From Mobula hypostoma (lineage: Eukaryota), in assembly GCF_963921235.1 (NCBI RefSeq), contig NC_086108.1, positions 44,704,001-44,768,000 on the forward strand: a stretch of DNA of 64,000 nucleotides, read 5' to 3'. Shown here one piece after another: positions 37,231 to 48,834 of this stretch (within the stretch, counting starts at the first letter, position 1; each line of letters starts with the position of its first letter). Under the pieces are notes generated by a model. It was not told where the DNA came from. It made no database searches and saw only the letters and a program-made list of their open reading frames with translations. The translations under genes were made by a program, and so were the position numbers.

Positions 37231-38438
37231 CAACACAACCAAGTTTTCCTGAGTTCCATGCCTCCTGACTTTCTAAATGAGTCTAACATGGGGAACCTTG
37301 TCAAATGCCTTATTAAAATCTATATACATCATATCTACTGTTCCTCCTTCAATTTATTTTGTCATTTCCTCAAATTCAATCAGGCTCATGAGGTATCAAC
37401 TTGCCACTCACAAAGTCATGTTGACTATCCCTAATCAGACTATGCTTCTCCAAATGCTCTTAAACCCTGTCTTTAAGACATTTCTCAAACAGTTTTGCCA
37501 CCACTGACATAAGACTCACTGATCTATAAATTCCAGGATTATCTCTATTACCTTTCAAGAATGTAGGGTTAACATTTACCACCTACCAATCCTCTGGTAC
37601 TACTCCTGTAGCCAAAGGCAGAGAACCTCTTCCATTGCTTCCCATAGTAACCTGGGATATACATACCCCATCTGGCCCCAGGAACTTATCTACCCTAATG
37701 TTTTTCTAAAGTTCCAGCACATCTTTTTCTTAACACTGATATGTTCCAGTATATCAGCCTGTTTTACATTATTCTCACATTCATCAAGGCCCCTTACTAG
37801 TGAATACTGAAACAAAATACTCATTAAGGATCTTTCCTACCTCCTCCGACTTCAGCAATACCTTTCCTCTTTTATCCCTGATTGGTCCTAACTTGACTCT
37901 AGTCATCCTCCTGTTCTTCACATACATTTTTTCCTTAATCCTACTTGCCTAGGACTTCTCGTGCCTCCTTTTAGCTCTCCCAAGTTCATTCTTAAGCTCT
38001 TTCCATGTTACCTTATAACTGTAGAGCCCTGCCTGATCCTTGCTTCTTTCTTCACCCTACCATCCTTTCCCTGCCTCAATGAGACAAACTTATCCAGAAC
38101 ACTATGCAAGAGCTCTCTCAACAAGCTCCACATTTCTCCACAAAAGCTGTGCATTTCTGTGAGTACATCTGTTCCAAAACTATGCTAAATTCCTGCCAAA
38201 TAGCATCATAATTCACCCTCTCCCAAATAAATACTTGTCCATTTATTTGGCATGTGAGAGAGAATAGGTTACAAGGAAAGAAAAAGGAAGAATGGGACTG
38301 ATTGGAATGTTTCAAGAACTTGATGGACCAACAAATACGAGGCCCCACCATAGATTGGGTGATCAAGTAGAAGTAGAACAAAATTTGAAACCAAGGGATT
38401 ACCTTGAAATTGTGACTGATGTGACAAAGTCCATAATG

Positions 38439-38518
38439 CAGAGGTGTCCAACCTGGGGTCCATGGACCCCTCAGTTAATGGTAAAGCCCCATGGCATAAA
38501 CAAGGTTGGAAATCCCTA
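38439..38518. mobile_element. 80-bp hAT-like MITE
   Basis: Imperfect TIRs CAGAGGTGTCCAACCT and AGGTTGGAAATCCCTA; flanks ccataatg and gtataatt. Confidence 0.45.
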
Positions 38519-38683
38519 GTATAATTAGGTGATTGATGGCTGGTATGGACTCGATGGGCCAAATGGTCTGTTTCCATGTCATATTTCTCTATGACTGAAT
38601 AAAATTCTCTACACAAAATTAAGGATTTCTTCTGCATGAAATTGGTGATCTCTTATAGGGAATGCAACTAATACATACTGTAC

Positions 38684-38815
38684 CTCACGAGGGATTCCGA
38701 TGTCAAGTGTCTTAACAGTTCATGGTCATCGCCCAGTTTACAACTTGACAGATCCAGACACTTCAAACCACGAAAAGATTGGATTTCCTTTAACTTTTCT
38801 GATACCAACATAAAT
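38684..38815 (-). CDS. LRRC42: LRRC42 coding exon 2
   Basis: ttcAG acceptor and GTACAG donor; encodes FMLVSEKLKEIQSFRGLKCLDLSSCKLGDDHELLRHLTSESLV. Confidence 0.93.
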
Positions 38816-39109
38816 CTGAAAGAAATATTAAGGCAACTTTGTAAAATGTCACCATAGCAACTGTCCTGTAATGCAAGAGAACTGCATCACATCAGTGGCC
38901 CCGATTATAGCTCTCCAAGACCATTATCAGCATGAAGTCAGCTACAATGCAGATTCAATATTAGAGTTTCTCAACCATCTTTGAATTAAATTTTAATTGC
39001 AATAGTATAGTTAGAGGAATAGACCCAATATAGGATTGAGTGTCCCATAGGCTGTGTTGTCTATCTGGTGCAACTAGGGACTAAATTAAAATGCAGAGCC
39101 AAAAAGCTA

Positions 39110-39604
39110 ATAGTGGATTCTAGTTAACTGGGCCAGCCACTTATTTGGGACCACACTTAAAGAACTAAAACAAATCAAGAAAATTGTTTAGTTGGGACAA
39201 TATGCTACTTAGTCGGGGCAAGAGAGTTGCCGAATGTTTTCTAATTAGTGTCAGTCATGTGCATGTTATGTGGCCGGAAGACACTACACCGTATCATCAG
39301 TTACGTGTGTTTGTATTCAAAAAGCAGGCTTCCGAGGTAGAGAGAATGGAACTGGCCCAGTGCAACAGCTTTCCACTTTGAAAACACTTCCGCACAAGTT
39401 TCCTGTCATAGTCAGGCACCATGGACAACCACCAGTACTGGTTGTGATTTAATTTGTTCGGTATTTCATTTAAATACATAACTTGTTACTCAGTTAAACA
39501 AGTTTGTTTTTTTAAAATAGCTTTTTTACTATTTCCATGAAACTTCAACTACTTGAGTCAAAAGGTACTGGTCCCGATGTGTCCCAATCAACCAGTGTTC
39601 ACTG
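39110..39604. mobile_element. Tigger/pogo-like MITE (decayed)
   Basis: Imperfect inverted ends agtggattctagttaactggg and cccaatcaaccagtgttcact. Confidence 0.45.
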
Positions 39605-39639
39605 AATTCTCTGGACTGACCTGTGCCACATGCAAATTG

Positions 39640-39850
39640 GCACAGCGTTTCTAAGATCAGTGAGCTAAATCGGGCCCATAGATTGGTGTGGGAGAAGCGG
39701 GTTTGAATTTGTGGGGAAATGGCACCAGAATTGGGAATAAAAGGGAATAGTTCGGATGGTACGGGCTCCTCCTGAACCATGCTGGGATCAGTGAGCTGTT
39801 AAATCACAAAACTAGGGCTGTGGATAGGGCTTTAAACTACATGGTAAGTT
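39640..39850 (+). mobile_element. CR1 ORF1 (esterase) C-terminal remnant
   Basis: Translates as WCGRSGFEFVGKWHQNW...GLLLNHAG...TRAVDRALN, parallel to the ORF1 end at 45600-45750. Confidence 0.65.
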
Positions 39851-40059
39851 CAACCGCTTGCAAAGTATGGATAACGTAAAAGAGACGGAAATTTTGAGGG
39901 GGAGAGAGAGCAAATATATCAGTATTACAGTTGAGTAAAGGAACTAAAGGCATGAGAGAGGTGCTGGCCAAAGTTGATGGAAGCAGACTCTAGCAGGAAT
40001 GACAGTAGAGCAGCAGTGGTTGGAGTTTCTGGGAGTAATTCAGAAGATGTGGGATTGAA

Positions 40060-40932
40060 GGGAGGTTGAAAATCTGGCGGAGTGGTGTCATAACAACAAC
40101 CTCTCAATGTCGGCAAGACCAAGGAGCTGATTATTGACTTCAGGAGAAGAAACGCAGAGGTCCATGAGCCAGTTCTCATCAGGGGATCAGAGGTGGAGAG
40201 GGTCAGCAATTTTAAATTCCTCAGTGTTATTATTTCAGAGGATCTGTCCTGGGCCCAGCATGCAGGTGCCATTATGAAGAAAGCACAGCAGCGCCTCTAG
40301 GAGTTTGCAAAGATTCAGCATGACATCTAAAACTTTAACAAACTTCTATAGGTGTGTGGTGGAGAGTGCAGTCATTACTGTATCACAGCCTGGTATGGAA
40401 GCACCAATGCCTCAAACAGAAAATCCTACTAAAAATAGTGGATACGGCCTAGTCTCTCATGGGTAAAGCCCTCCCCACCATTGAGCACATCCACATGAAA
40501 CACTGTCTCAAGAAAGCAGCATCCGTCATTGGCGACCCTTCCACCCAAGAGTGCTCCCTTCTTGCTGTTGCCATCACGAAGAAGGTAAAGGAGTCTCAGG
40601 ACTCACACTACCAGGTTCAGGAACAGTTACTACCTGTCAACCACCATGCTCTTGAACCGAAGGGGATAACTTCACTTGCCCCATCATTGAAATGTTCCTA
40701 GAAACTATGGACTCATTTTCAAGGACTCTTCATCTCATGTTCTCAATATGTATTGTTCATTTGTTTTCTATTATTATTTCTTCCTTTTTGTATTTGCACA
40801 GTGGTTATCTCCTGCACTCTGGTGGAATACCCATGTTGGGTGGTAATTCATTGATTTTGTTATGGTTATTATTCTGTTGATTTATTGAGTATGCCCACAA
40901 AAAATAAGATTTGAGAATAAATTTACTTTGAA
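40060..40932 (+). mobile_element. Rex/Babar-like LINE 3' fragment
   Basis: Encodes LNVGKTKELIIDFRRR...VERVSNFKFL and ends in aataaatttactttgaac. Confidence 0.7.
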
Positions 40933-42430
40933 CTCTAAAGAAGCAGGATTCTAAAGGAACGATGAGGCAACCATAGCTAATAAGGGAGTCAAACAGGGCA
41001 TAAAAGCAAAAGAGAGGCTGTAAATTATACAAAAATTAGCGAGAAGCTAGAGGATTAGGAAGCATTTAAAAACCAACAGAAGATAACTAGAAAAGAAAAG
41101 ATGAAATACAACAAGGGAAGTCAAAGCCAAAGAGAGTGCATATAATAGAGCGAAAAATAGTGGGAAGTTAAAGGATTGGGAAACTTTCAAATACCAACAG
41201 AAGGCAACAAAAAAAGGTCATTAAGAGTGGCTATCAGACTGTTGGAAAATGATGCCAGAGAGGGAGTAATGGGGGATAAGGAAATGGCAGATGAACTGAA
41301 TAAGTATTTTGCATCAGTATGGTGGAAGCTCCAGGTGCCGGGGGGGGGATGAACTGTGTGACGTTGCCACTACTAGGTTCTTGGGAAACTGAAAGGTCTG
41401 AAGGTAGACAAGTCACCTCAACTAGATGATGTACTCCCCAAGGTTCTGAATGAGGTGGCTGAGGAGATTGTGGAGGCATTAGTAATGATCTTTCAAGAAT
41501 CACTAGGTTCTGGAATGGTTCCAGAAGACTGGAAAACTGCAAATGTCACTCCACTCTTCAACAATGGAGAGAGGCAGAAGAAAGGAAACCATAGGCCAGT
41601 TAGTCTAACCTCACTGGTTGGGAAGATGTTGGAGTCGATTGTTAAGAATACTTGGAGGCATGTGATAAAATAGGCCATAGTCAGCAAGGTTTCCTCAAGA
41701 GAAAATCTTGCCTGACAAATTTGTTGGAATTCACTGAAGAAATAAGAAGCAGGATAGACAAAGGAGATTCGGTGATCTTGTGTACTTGGATTTTCAGAAG
41801 GCCTTTGTCAAAGTGCCATAGATGAGGCTACTTAACAAGCAACGAGCTCATGGTATTACAGGAAAGATTCTATCTTGCATTAACCAGTGGCTGATTGGCA
41901 GGAGGCAAAGAATGAGAATAAAAGAAGCTTTTTTTGGTTGGCAGCTAGTGGTGTTCCACACAGGTCTATGTTGGGACAGATTCTTTTCACATAAAATGTC
42001 AATGGTTTGGATGATGGAATTGATGGCTCTGTGGCAAAGTTTGCAGATGATACAACAAAAGGTGGAAGGCCAGGTAGTTTTGGGGAAATAGAGAGGCGAC
42101 AAACACATAGGAGAATGGGCAAAGAAGTGGCAGATGGAATACAGTGTCAGGAAGTGTATGGCCATGCACTTTGGTAGAAGAACTGGTTGACTATTTTCTA
42201 AATGGAGAGAAAATACAAAAAACTGAGAGGCTAAGGGGCTTGGGAGTCCTTGCGCAGGATTGCCTAAAGGTTAATTTGCAGGTTGAGTGTGGTGCAGAAG
42301 GCAAGTGCAATGTTAGCATTCATTTCAAGAGGACTAGAATATAAAAGTAAGGATGTAATGTTGAGACTTTATAAAGCACTGGTGAGGCCTCTTTTGGAGT
42401 ATTGAGAGCAGTTTTGGGTCCCTCATCTTA

Positions 42431-44035
42431 CAAACCCCATTTCCAGAAAAGTTGGGATATTTTCCAAAATGCAATAAAAACAAAAACCTGTGATATGTTA
42501 ATTCATGTGAACCTTTATTTAACTGTACAAAGTACAAAGAAAAGATTGTCAATAGTTTTACTGACCAACTTAATTGTATTTTGTAAATATACACAAATTT
42601 AGAATTTGATGGCTGCAACACACACAACAAAAGTTGGGACAGAGTTAAAATAAGATTGAAAAGTGCACAGAATATTCAAGTAACACCGGTTTGGAAGACT
42701 CCACATTAAACAGGCTAATTGGTAGCAGGTGAGGTATCATGACTGGGTATAAAAGTAGCGTCCATCAAAGGCTCAGTCTTTGCAAGCAAGGATAGGTCGT
42801 GGCTCACCCCTTTGTGCCAAAATTCGTGAGAGAATTGTTAGTCAGTTCAAAAGGAACATTTCTCAACGCAAGATTGCAGAGAATTTAGGTCTTTCAACAT
42901 CTACAGTACATAATATTGTGAAAAGATTCAGAGAATTCAGAGACATCTCAGTGCATAAAGGGCAAGGTCGGAAACCACTGCCGAATGCGCGTGATCTTCG
43001 AGCCCTCAGGTGGCACTGCCTAAGAAACCGTCATGCTACTGTGACAATTATAGCCACCTGGGCTCGGGAGTATTTTGGAAAACCATTGTCACTCAACACA
43101 GTCCGTCGCTGCATCCAGAAATGCAACTTGAAACTGTATTACGCAAGGAGGAAGCCATACATCAACTCTATGCAGAAACGCCGGCGAGTTCTCTGGGCCC
43201 GAGCTCATCTCAGATGGACCAAAAGACTGTGGAACCGTGTGCTGTGGTCAGATGAGCCCACATTTCAGCTAGTTTTCAGAAAAAAACGGGTGTCGAGTTC
43301 TCCATGCCAAAGATGAAAACAACCATCCAGATTGTTATCAGCGAAAGGTGCAAAAGCCAGCATCTGTGATGGTATGGGGGTGCATCAGAGCCCACAGCAT
43401 GGGTGAGTTGCATGTATATGAAGGTACCATTGACTCTGAGGCATTTATTAGGATTTTAGAGAGACATATGTTGCTATCAAGGCGACGTCTCTTCCCGGGA
43501 CGTCCATGCTTATTTCAGCAGGACAATGCCAGACCACATTCTGCACGGGCTACAACAGCGTGGGTTTGTAGACACAGAGTGCGTGTGCTTGACTGGCCTG
43601 CTGCCAGTCCAGATCTATCTCCTATTGAAAATGTATGGCGCATCATGAAGAGGAGAATCGGACAACGGAGACCACAGACTGTTGAGCAGCTGAAGTCTTG
43701 TATCAAGCAAGAATGGACAAAATTTCCAATTGCAAATCTACTACAATTAGTATCCTCAGTTCCAAAATGATTAAAAGGCGTTATTAAAAGGAAAGGTGAT
43801 GTAACACAATGGTAAACATGCCTCTGTCCCAACTTTTGTTGAGTGTGCTGCAGCCATCAAATTTTAAATTTGTATATGTTTACAAAATACAATTAAGTTG
43901 GTCAGTAAAACTATTGAAAATCTTTTCTTTGTACTTTTGTCAGTTAAATAAAGGTTCACGTGAATTAACATATCACAGATTTTTGTTTTTATTGCATTTT
44001 GGAAAATATCCCAACTTTTCTGGAAATGGGGTTTG
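42431..44035 (+). mobile_element. Full-length Tc1 (DD34E) transposon with few inactivating lesions
   Basis: TA-flanked long TIRs CAAACCCCATTTCCAGAAAAGTTGGG. Transposase has an HTH, WSDE, FQQDN and SPDLSPIE (34 residues between D and E). Lesions: presumptive start reads ATA, frameshift near 43280, TGA at 43768. Confidence 0.95.
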
Positions 44036-44814
44036 TAGAAAGGATATGCTGAAACTGCAGAGGATTCAAAGGCAGTTTGCGAAATGATTCCAGGATTGAA
44101 TGGCTTGTCATATGAAAAGCGCTTGATGGCTCTGGGCCTGCATTCACTGGAATTCAGAAGAATGAGGGGTGACCTCATTGAAACCTAGCAAGTGTTGAAT
44201 GGCCTCGACAGAGTGGATGTGGAGAGGATGTTTCCTGTGGTGGGAGTGTTTAAGACCAGAGAACACAGCCTCAGAATAGAGGGGTGCCCTTTTACAATGG
44301 AGAATGAGGAGGAACTTTTTAGCCAGTGAATTTGTGGAATTCACTGCCACAGGCAGCCATGGAAGCCAATTCTTTATATTTTTATATTTATTTATATATA
44401 TATATATATATATACACACATAGATTCTTAATTAAACAGGGCATGAAGGGATCCGGTAGGGTGGGGGAGGGGCAAGATTGGGACTGAGAGGAAAGCGGCC
44501 AGAGCGTGAGTGAGCCAGTGAAGGAGTTTTGAGGCTTTGACTCGAGAGATTCTGGCAGTTTTGGCAGTTGGTCTGTGTAATCAAGTCAATCAAGATTTGA
44601 ATAAACTCAGACACAGCAGAAAGCAGCTGATTGGGCAGTCCAAGTCAGGTGACCAAACATTTTGAAAAGTTCAAACAGATAAATAGAGGGATAGCTCAAG
44701 CGAAGCGGCCAGAGCGTGAGTGGGCCAGTGAAGGAGTGGAGCTTTGAGGCTTTGACTCGAGAGGCTTCGACGAGAAGAGGCGGAGGACAAGCTAGCTCGC
44801 AGTTAGTTTTTACA

Positions 44815-45753
44815 ATGTCCCCTGAGACGGTGATGTGCCTCTCATGTGAGATGTGGCAGTCTTGGGGGAACGCCCCTCTCCCGCAGAGTCACATCTGCCA
44901 GAAGTGCATACGGCTGGGCGACCTGCAAGACTGTGTAAGGAATCTGGAGCAGCAGCTGGATGACCTTCGACTCATAAGGGAGAATGAGGCAGTCATAGAT
45001 GAGAGCTACAGGGAGGTAGTCACACCTAGGCTGTCGGAAGCAGGTTGTTGGGTGACAGTCAGAGGGGGGAAAGCGAAGGTGAGCAGACAGGTTGTGCAGA
45101 GCACCCCTGTAGCCATTCCCCTGAATAATAAGTTTACCGTCCTGGATACTGTTGGCGGGGACGACCAACCAGGTGTGAGCCACGGTGGCAGGGCCTCCGG
45201 CACTGAGTCTCACCCTGTGGTGCAGAAGGGTGGGACAGAGAAGAGAGCTGTCGTCATTGGAGACTCTATAGTCAGGAGAGCAGACAGGAGATTTTGTGGA
45301 CATGAGAAGGACACCCGCATTGTTTGTTGCCTCCCGGGTGCCAGGGTCTGGGATGTCTCTGACCGGGTGCACGACATCCTGGTACAAGAGGAAAAGCAAT
45401 TAGAAGTCGTGATACATGTTGGGACCAACGACATAGGCAGGAAGAGGGATGAGGTCCTGAAGTGTGAGTTTCCGGAATTAGGCAGAAGGCTGAAGAACAG
45501 GACCTCAAGGGTGACGTTCTCAGGATTGCTGCCAGTGCTACGTGACAGTGATGGTAAGAATTGGAGGAGATGGCAGTTGAATGCGTGGCTGAGGAGTTGG
45601 CGCAGGGAGCAGGGTTTTAGATTTTTAGATCGTTGGGATCTCTTCTGGGGAAGGTGGGACCTGTACAGATTGGATGGGTTGCACCTGAACTCGAGGGGGA
45701 GCAATATCCTTGCAGGTAGGTTTGCTAGCATGGTTCGGGAGGGTTTAAACTAA
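44815..45753 (+). CDS. CR1 ORF1 protein (312 aa): zinc finger, coiled coil and SGNH esterase
   Basis: ATG at 44815; CLSC...CQKC, leucine heptads, then GDS, GTND and DGLH blocks. Confidence 0.9.
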   Translation: MSPETVMCLSCEMWQSWGNAPLPQSHICQKCIRLGDLQDCVRNLEQQLDDLRLIRENEAVIDESYREVVTPRLSEAGCWVTVRGGKAKVSRQVVQSTPVAIPLNNKFTVLDTVGGDDQPGVSHGGRASGTESHPVVQKGGTEKRAVVIGDSIVRRADRRFCGHEKDTRIVCCLPGARVWDVSDRVHDILVQEEKQLEVVIHVGTNDIGRKRDEVLKCEFPELGRRLKNRTSRVTFSGLLPVLRDSDGKNWRRWQLNAWLRSWRREQGFRFLDRWDLFWGRWDLYRLDGLHLNSRGSNILAGRFASMVREGLN

Positions 45754-48674
45754 TTTGCGAGGGGGATGGGACCCAGAGCGATAGAGCAGTGAAAGAAGTG
45801 CATGGAGTAAAGCCAGATCTAACATACAGAGAGGCTTTGAGGAAAGAGAAGCAGAATAAATGGTGTAAAGACACTAAGGTAGAAGGGCTGAAATGTGTGT
45901 ACCTCAATGCAAGAAGCATCAGGAACAAAGGTGATGAACTGAGAGCTTGGATACATACATGGAACTATGATGTAGTGGCCATTACAGAGACTTGGCTGGC
46001 ACCAGGGCAGGAATGGATTCTCAATATTCCTGGATTTCAGTGCTTTAAAAGGGATAGAGAGGGCGGGAAAAGGGGAGGAGGGGTGGCATTACCGGTCAGG
46101 GATACTATTACAGTTACAGAAAGGGTGGGTAATGTAGCAGGATCCTCTTTTGAGTCAATATGGGTGGAAGTCAGGAACAGGAAGGGAGCAGTTACTCTAC
46201 TGGGGGTATTCTATAGGCCCCCTGGTAGCAGCAGAGAGACAGAGGAGCAGATTGGGAGGCAGATTTTGGAAAGGTGCAAAAATAACAGGGTTGTTATCAT
46301 GGGTGACTTTAACTTCCCTAATATTGATTGGCATCTGATTAGTTCCAAGGGTTTAGATGGGGCAGAATTTGTTAAGTGTGTCCAGGACGGATTCCTGTCA
46401 CGGTATGTGGACAGGCCGACCAGGGGGAATGCCATACTAGATCTAGTACTAGGTAATGAACCGGGTCAGGTCACAGATCTCTCAGTGGATGAGTATCTGG
46501 GGAACAGTGACCAACGCTTCCTGGCCTTTATAATTATCATGGAAAAGGATAGAATCAAAGAGAACAAGAAAATTTTTAATTGGGGAAAGGCAAATTATGA
46601 GGCTATAAGGCTAGAGCTTGTGGGTGTGAATTGGGATGATGTTTTTGCAGGGAAATGTACTATGGACATGTGGTCGATGTTTAGAGATCTCTTGCAGGAT
46701 GTAAGGGATAAATTTGTCCCGGTGAGGAAGATAAAGAATGGTAGGGTGAAGGAACCATGGGTGACAAGTGAGGTGGAAAATCTAGTCAGGAGGAAGAAGG
46801 CAGCATACATGAGGTTTAGGAAGCAAGGATCAGCTGGGTCTATTGAGGAATATAGGGAAGCAAGAAAGGAGCTTAAGAAGGGGCTGAGAAGAGCAAGAAG
46901 GGGGCATGAGAAGGCCTTGGCGAGTAGGATAAAGGAAAACCCCAAGGCATTCTTCAATTATGTGAAGAAGAAAAGGATGACAGGAGTGAAGGTAGGACCG
47001 ATTAGAGATAAAGGTGGGAAGATGTGCCTGGAGGCTGTGGAAGTGAGCGAGGTCCTCAATGAATACTTCTCTTCGGTATTCACCAATGAGAGGGAACTTG
47101 ATGATGGTGAGGACAATATGAGTGAGGTTGATGTTCTGGAGCATGCTGATATTAAGGGAGAGGAGGTGTTGGAGTTGTTAAAATACATCAGGAGAGATAA
47201 GTCCCCAGGGCCTGACGGAATATTCCCCAGGCTGCTCCACGAGGCGAGAGAAGAGATTGCTGAGCCTCTGGCTAGGATCTTTATGTCCTCGTTGTCCACA
47301 GGAATGGTACCGGAGGATTGGAGGGAGGCGAATGTTGTTCCCTTGTTCAAAAAAGGTAGTAGGAATAGTTCGGGTAATTATAGACCAGTGAGCCTTACGT
47401 CTGTGGTGGGAAAGCTGCTGGAAAAGATTCTTAGAGATAGGATCTATTTGGAGAATCATGGTCTGATCAGGGACAGTCAGCATGGCTTTGTGAAGGGCAA
47501 ATTGTGTCTAACAAGCCTGATAGAGTTCTTTGAGGAGGTGACCAGGCATATAGATGAGGGTAGTGCAGTGGATGTGATCTATATGGATTTTAGTAAGGCA
47601 TTTGACAAGGTTCCACATGGTAGGCTTATTCAGAAAGTTAGAAGGCATGGGATTCAGGGAAATTTGGCCAGGTGGATTCAGAATTGGCTTGCCTGCAGAA
47701 GGCAGAGGGTGGTGGTGGAGGGAATACATTCAGATTGGAGGATTGTGACTAGTGGTGTCCTACAAGGATCTGTTCTGGGACCTCTACTTTTCGTGATTTT
47801 TATTAACGACCTGGATGTGGGGGTAGAAAGGTGGGTTGGCAAGTTTGCAGACGACACAAAGGTTAGTGGTATTGTAGATAGTGTAGAGGATTGTCAAAGA
47901 TTGCGGAGAGACATTGATAGGATGCAGAAGTGGGCTGAGAAGTGGCAGATGGAGTTCAACCTGGAGAAGTGTGAGGTGGTACACTTTGGAAGGACAAACT
48001 CCAAGGCAGAGTACAAAGCAAATGGCAGGATACTTGGTAGTGGAGAGGAGCAGAGGGATCTCGGGGTACATGTCCACAGATCCCTGAAAGTTGCCTCACA
48101 GGTGGATAGGGTAGTTAAGAAAGTTTATGGGGTGTTAGCTTTCATAAGTCGAGGGATAGAGTTTAAGAGTCGCAATGTAATGATGCAGCTCTATAAAACT
48201 CTGGTTAGGCCACACTTGGAGTATTGTGTCCAGTTCTGGTCACCTCACTATACGAAGGATGTGGAAGCATTGGAAAGGGTACAGAGGAGATTTACCAGGA
48301 TGCTGCCTGGTTTAGAAAGTATGCATTATGATCAGAGTTTAAGGGAGCTAGGGCTTTACTCTTTGGAGAGGAGGAGGATGAGAGGAGACATGATAGAGGT
48401 GTACAAGATAATAAGAGGAATAGATAGAGTGGATAGCCAGCGCTTCTTCCCCAGGGCACCACTGCTCAATACAAGAGGACATGGCTTTAAGGTAAGGGGT
48501 GGGAAGTTCAAGGGGGATATTAGAGGAAGGTTTTTTACTCAGAGAGTGGTTGGTGCGTGGAATGCACTGCCTGAGTCAGTGGTGGAGGCAGATACACTAG
48601 TGAAGTTTAAGAGACTACTAGACAGGTATATGGAGGAATCTAATGTAGGGGCTTATATGGGAGGCAGGGTTTGA
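45750..48674 (+). CDS. CR1 ORF2: APE endonuclease plus reverse transcriptase (no initiator ATG)
   Basis: The frame is open from 45729 to 48674 and contains YLNARS, ITETW, GDFN, YRPVSLTS, DFSKAFD, QGSVLGP and FADD. Confidence 0.92.
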   Translation, partial: LICEGDGTQSDRAVKEVHGVKPDLTYREALRKEKQNKWCKDTKVEGLKCVYLNARSIRNKGDELRAWIHTWNYDVVAITETWLAPGQEWILNIPGFQCFKRDREGGKRGGGVALPVRDTITVTERVGNVAGSSFESIWVEVRNRKGAVTLLGVFYRPPGSSRETEEQIGRQILERCKNNRVVIMGDFNFPNIDWHLISSKGLDGAEFVKCVQDGFLSRYVDRPTRGNAILDLVLGNEPGQVTDLSVDEYLGNSDQRFLAFIIIMEKDRIKENKKIFNWGKANYEAIRLELVGVNWDDVFAGKCTMDMWSMFRDLLQDVRDKFVPVRKIKNGRVKEPWVTSEVENLVRRKKAAYMRFRKQGSAGSIEEYREARKELKKGLRRARRGHEKALASRIKENPKAFFNYVKKKRMTGVKVGPIRDKGGKMCLEAVEVSEVLNEYFSSVFTNERELDDGEDNMSEVDVLEHADIKGEEVLELLKYIRRDKSPGPDGIFPRLLHEAREEIAEPLARIFMSSLSTGMVPEDWREANVVPLFKKGSRNSSGNYRPVSLTSVVGKLLEKILRDRIYLENHGLIRDSQHGFVKGKLCLTSLIEFFEEVTRHIDEGSAVDVIYMDFSKAFDKVPHGRLIQKVRRHGIQGNLARWIQNWLACRRQRVVVEGIHSDWRIVTSGVLQGSVLGPLLFVIFINDLDVGVERWVGKFADDTKVSGIVDSVEDCQRLRRDIDRMQKWAEKWQMEFNLEKCEVVHFGRTNSKAEYKANGRILGSGEEQRDLGVHVHRSLKVASQVDRVVKKVYGVLAFISRGIEFKSRNVMMQLYKTLVRPHLEYCVQFWSPHYTKDVEALERVQRRFTRMLPGLESMHYDQSLRELGLYSLERRRMRGDMIEVYKIIRGIDRVDSQRFFPRAPLLNTRGHGFKVRGGKFKGDIRGRFFTQRVVGAWNALPESVVEADTLVKFKRLLDRYMEESNVGAYMGGRV

Positions 48675-48834
48675 GGGTCGGCACAACATTGTGGGCCGAA
48701 GGGCCTGTACTGTGCTGTACTATTCTATGTTCTATGTTCTAAAATTGGATCAGCCATAATGAAATGGCAGAGCAGACTTGATGGGCCAAATGGTCTAATG
48801 GTCTAATTCTTCTCCTATATCTTATGATCTTATG

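Larger units (their letters stand above)
35830..38230 (-). mobile_element. Decayed CR1 ORF2 fragment, interrupted by a tandem repeat and a PLE
   Basis: ORF 36081-36305 contains INDLD...SKFAD; further RT-region remnants lie at 37240-38200. Confidence 0.75.
44494..48740 (+). mobile_element. Full-length CR1 LINE with open ORF1 and ORF2
   Basis: 5' UTR, two long ORFs, a short 3' UTR and a (TTCTATG)n tail at about 48720-48740. Confidence 0.95.
40940..48830 (+). mobile_element. Decayed host CR1 (pieces about 40940-42430, 44036-44492 and 48741-48830) interrupted by a Tc1 and a full-length CR1
   Basis: The sequence rejoins across both inserts (cctcatctTA|gaaaggat and ggactgagagg|aaaattggatcagcc). 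Confidence 0.8.
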
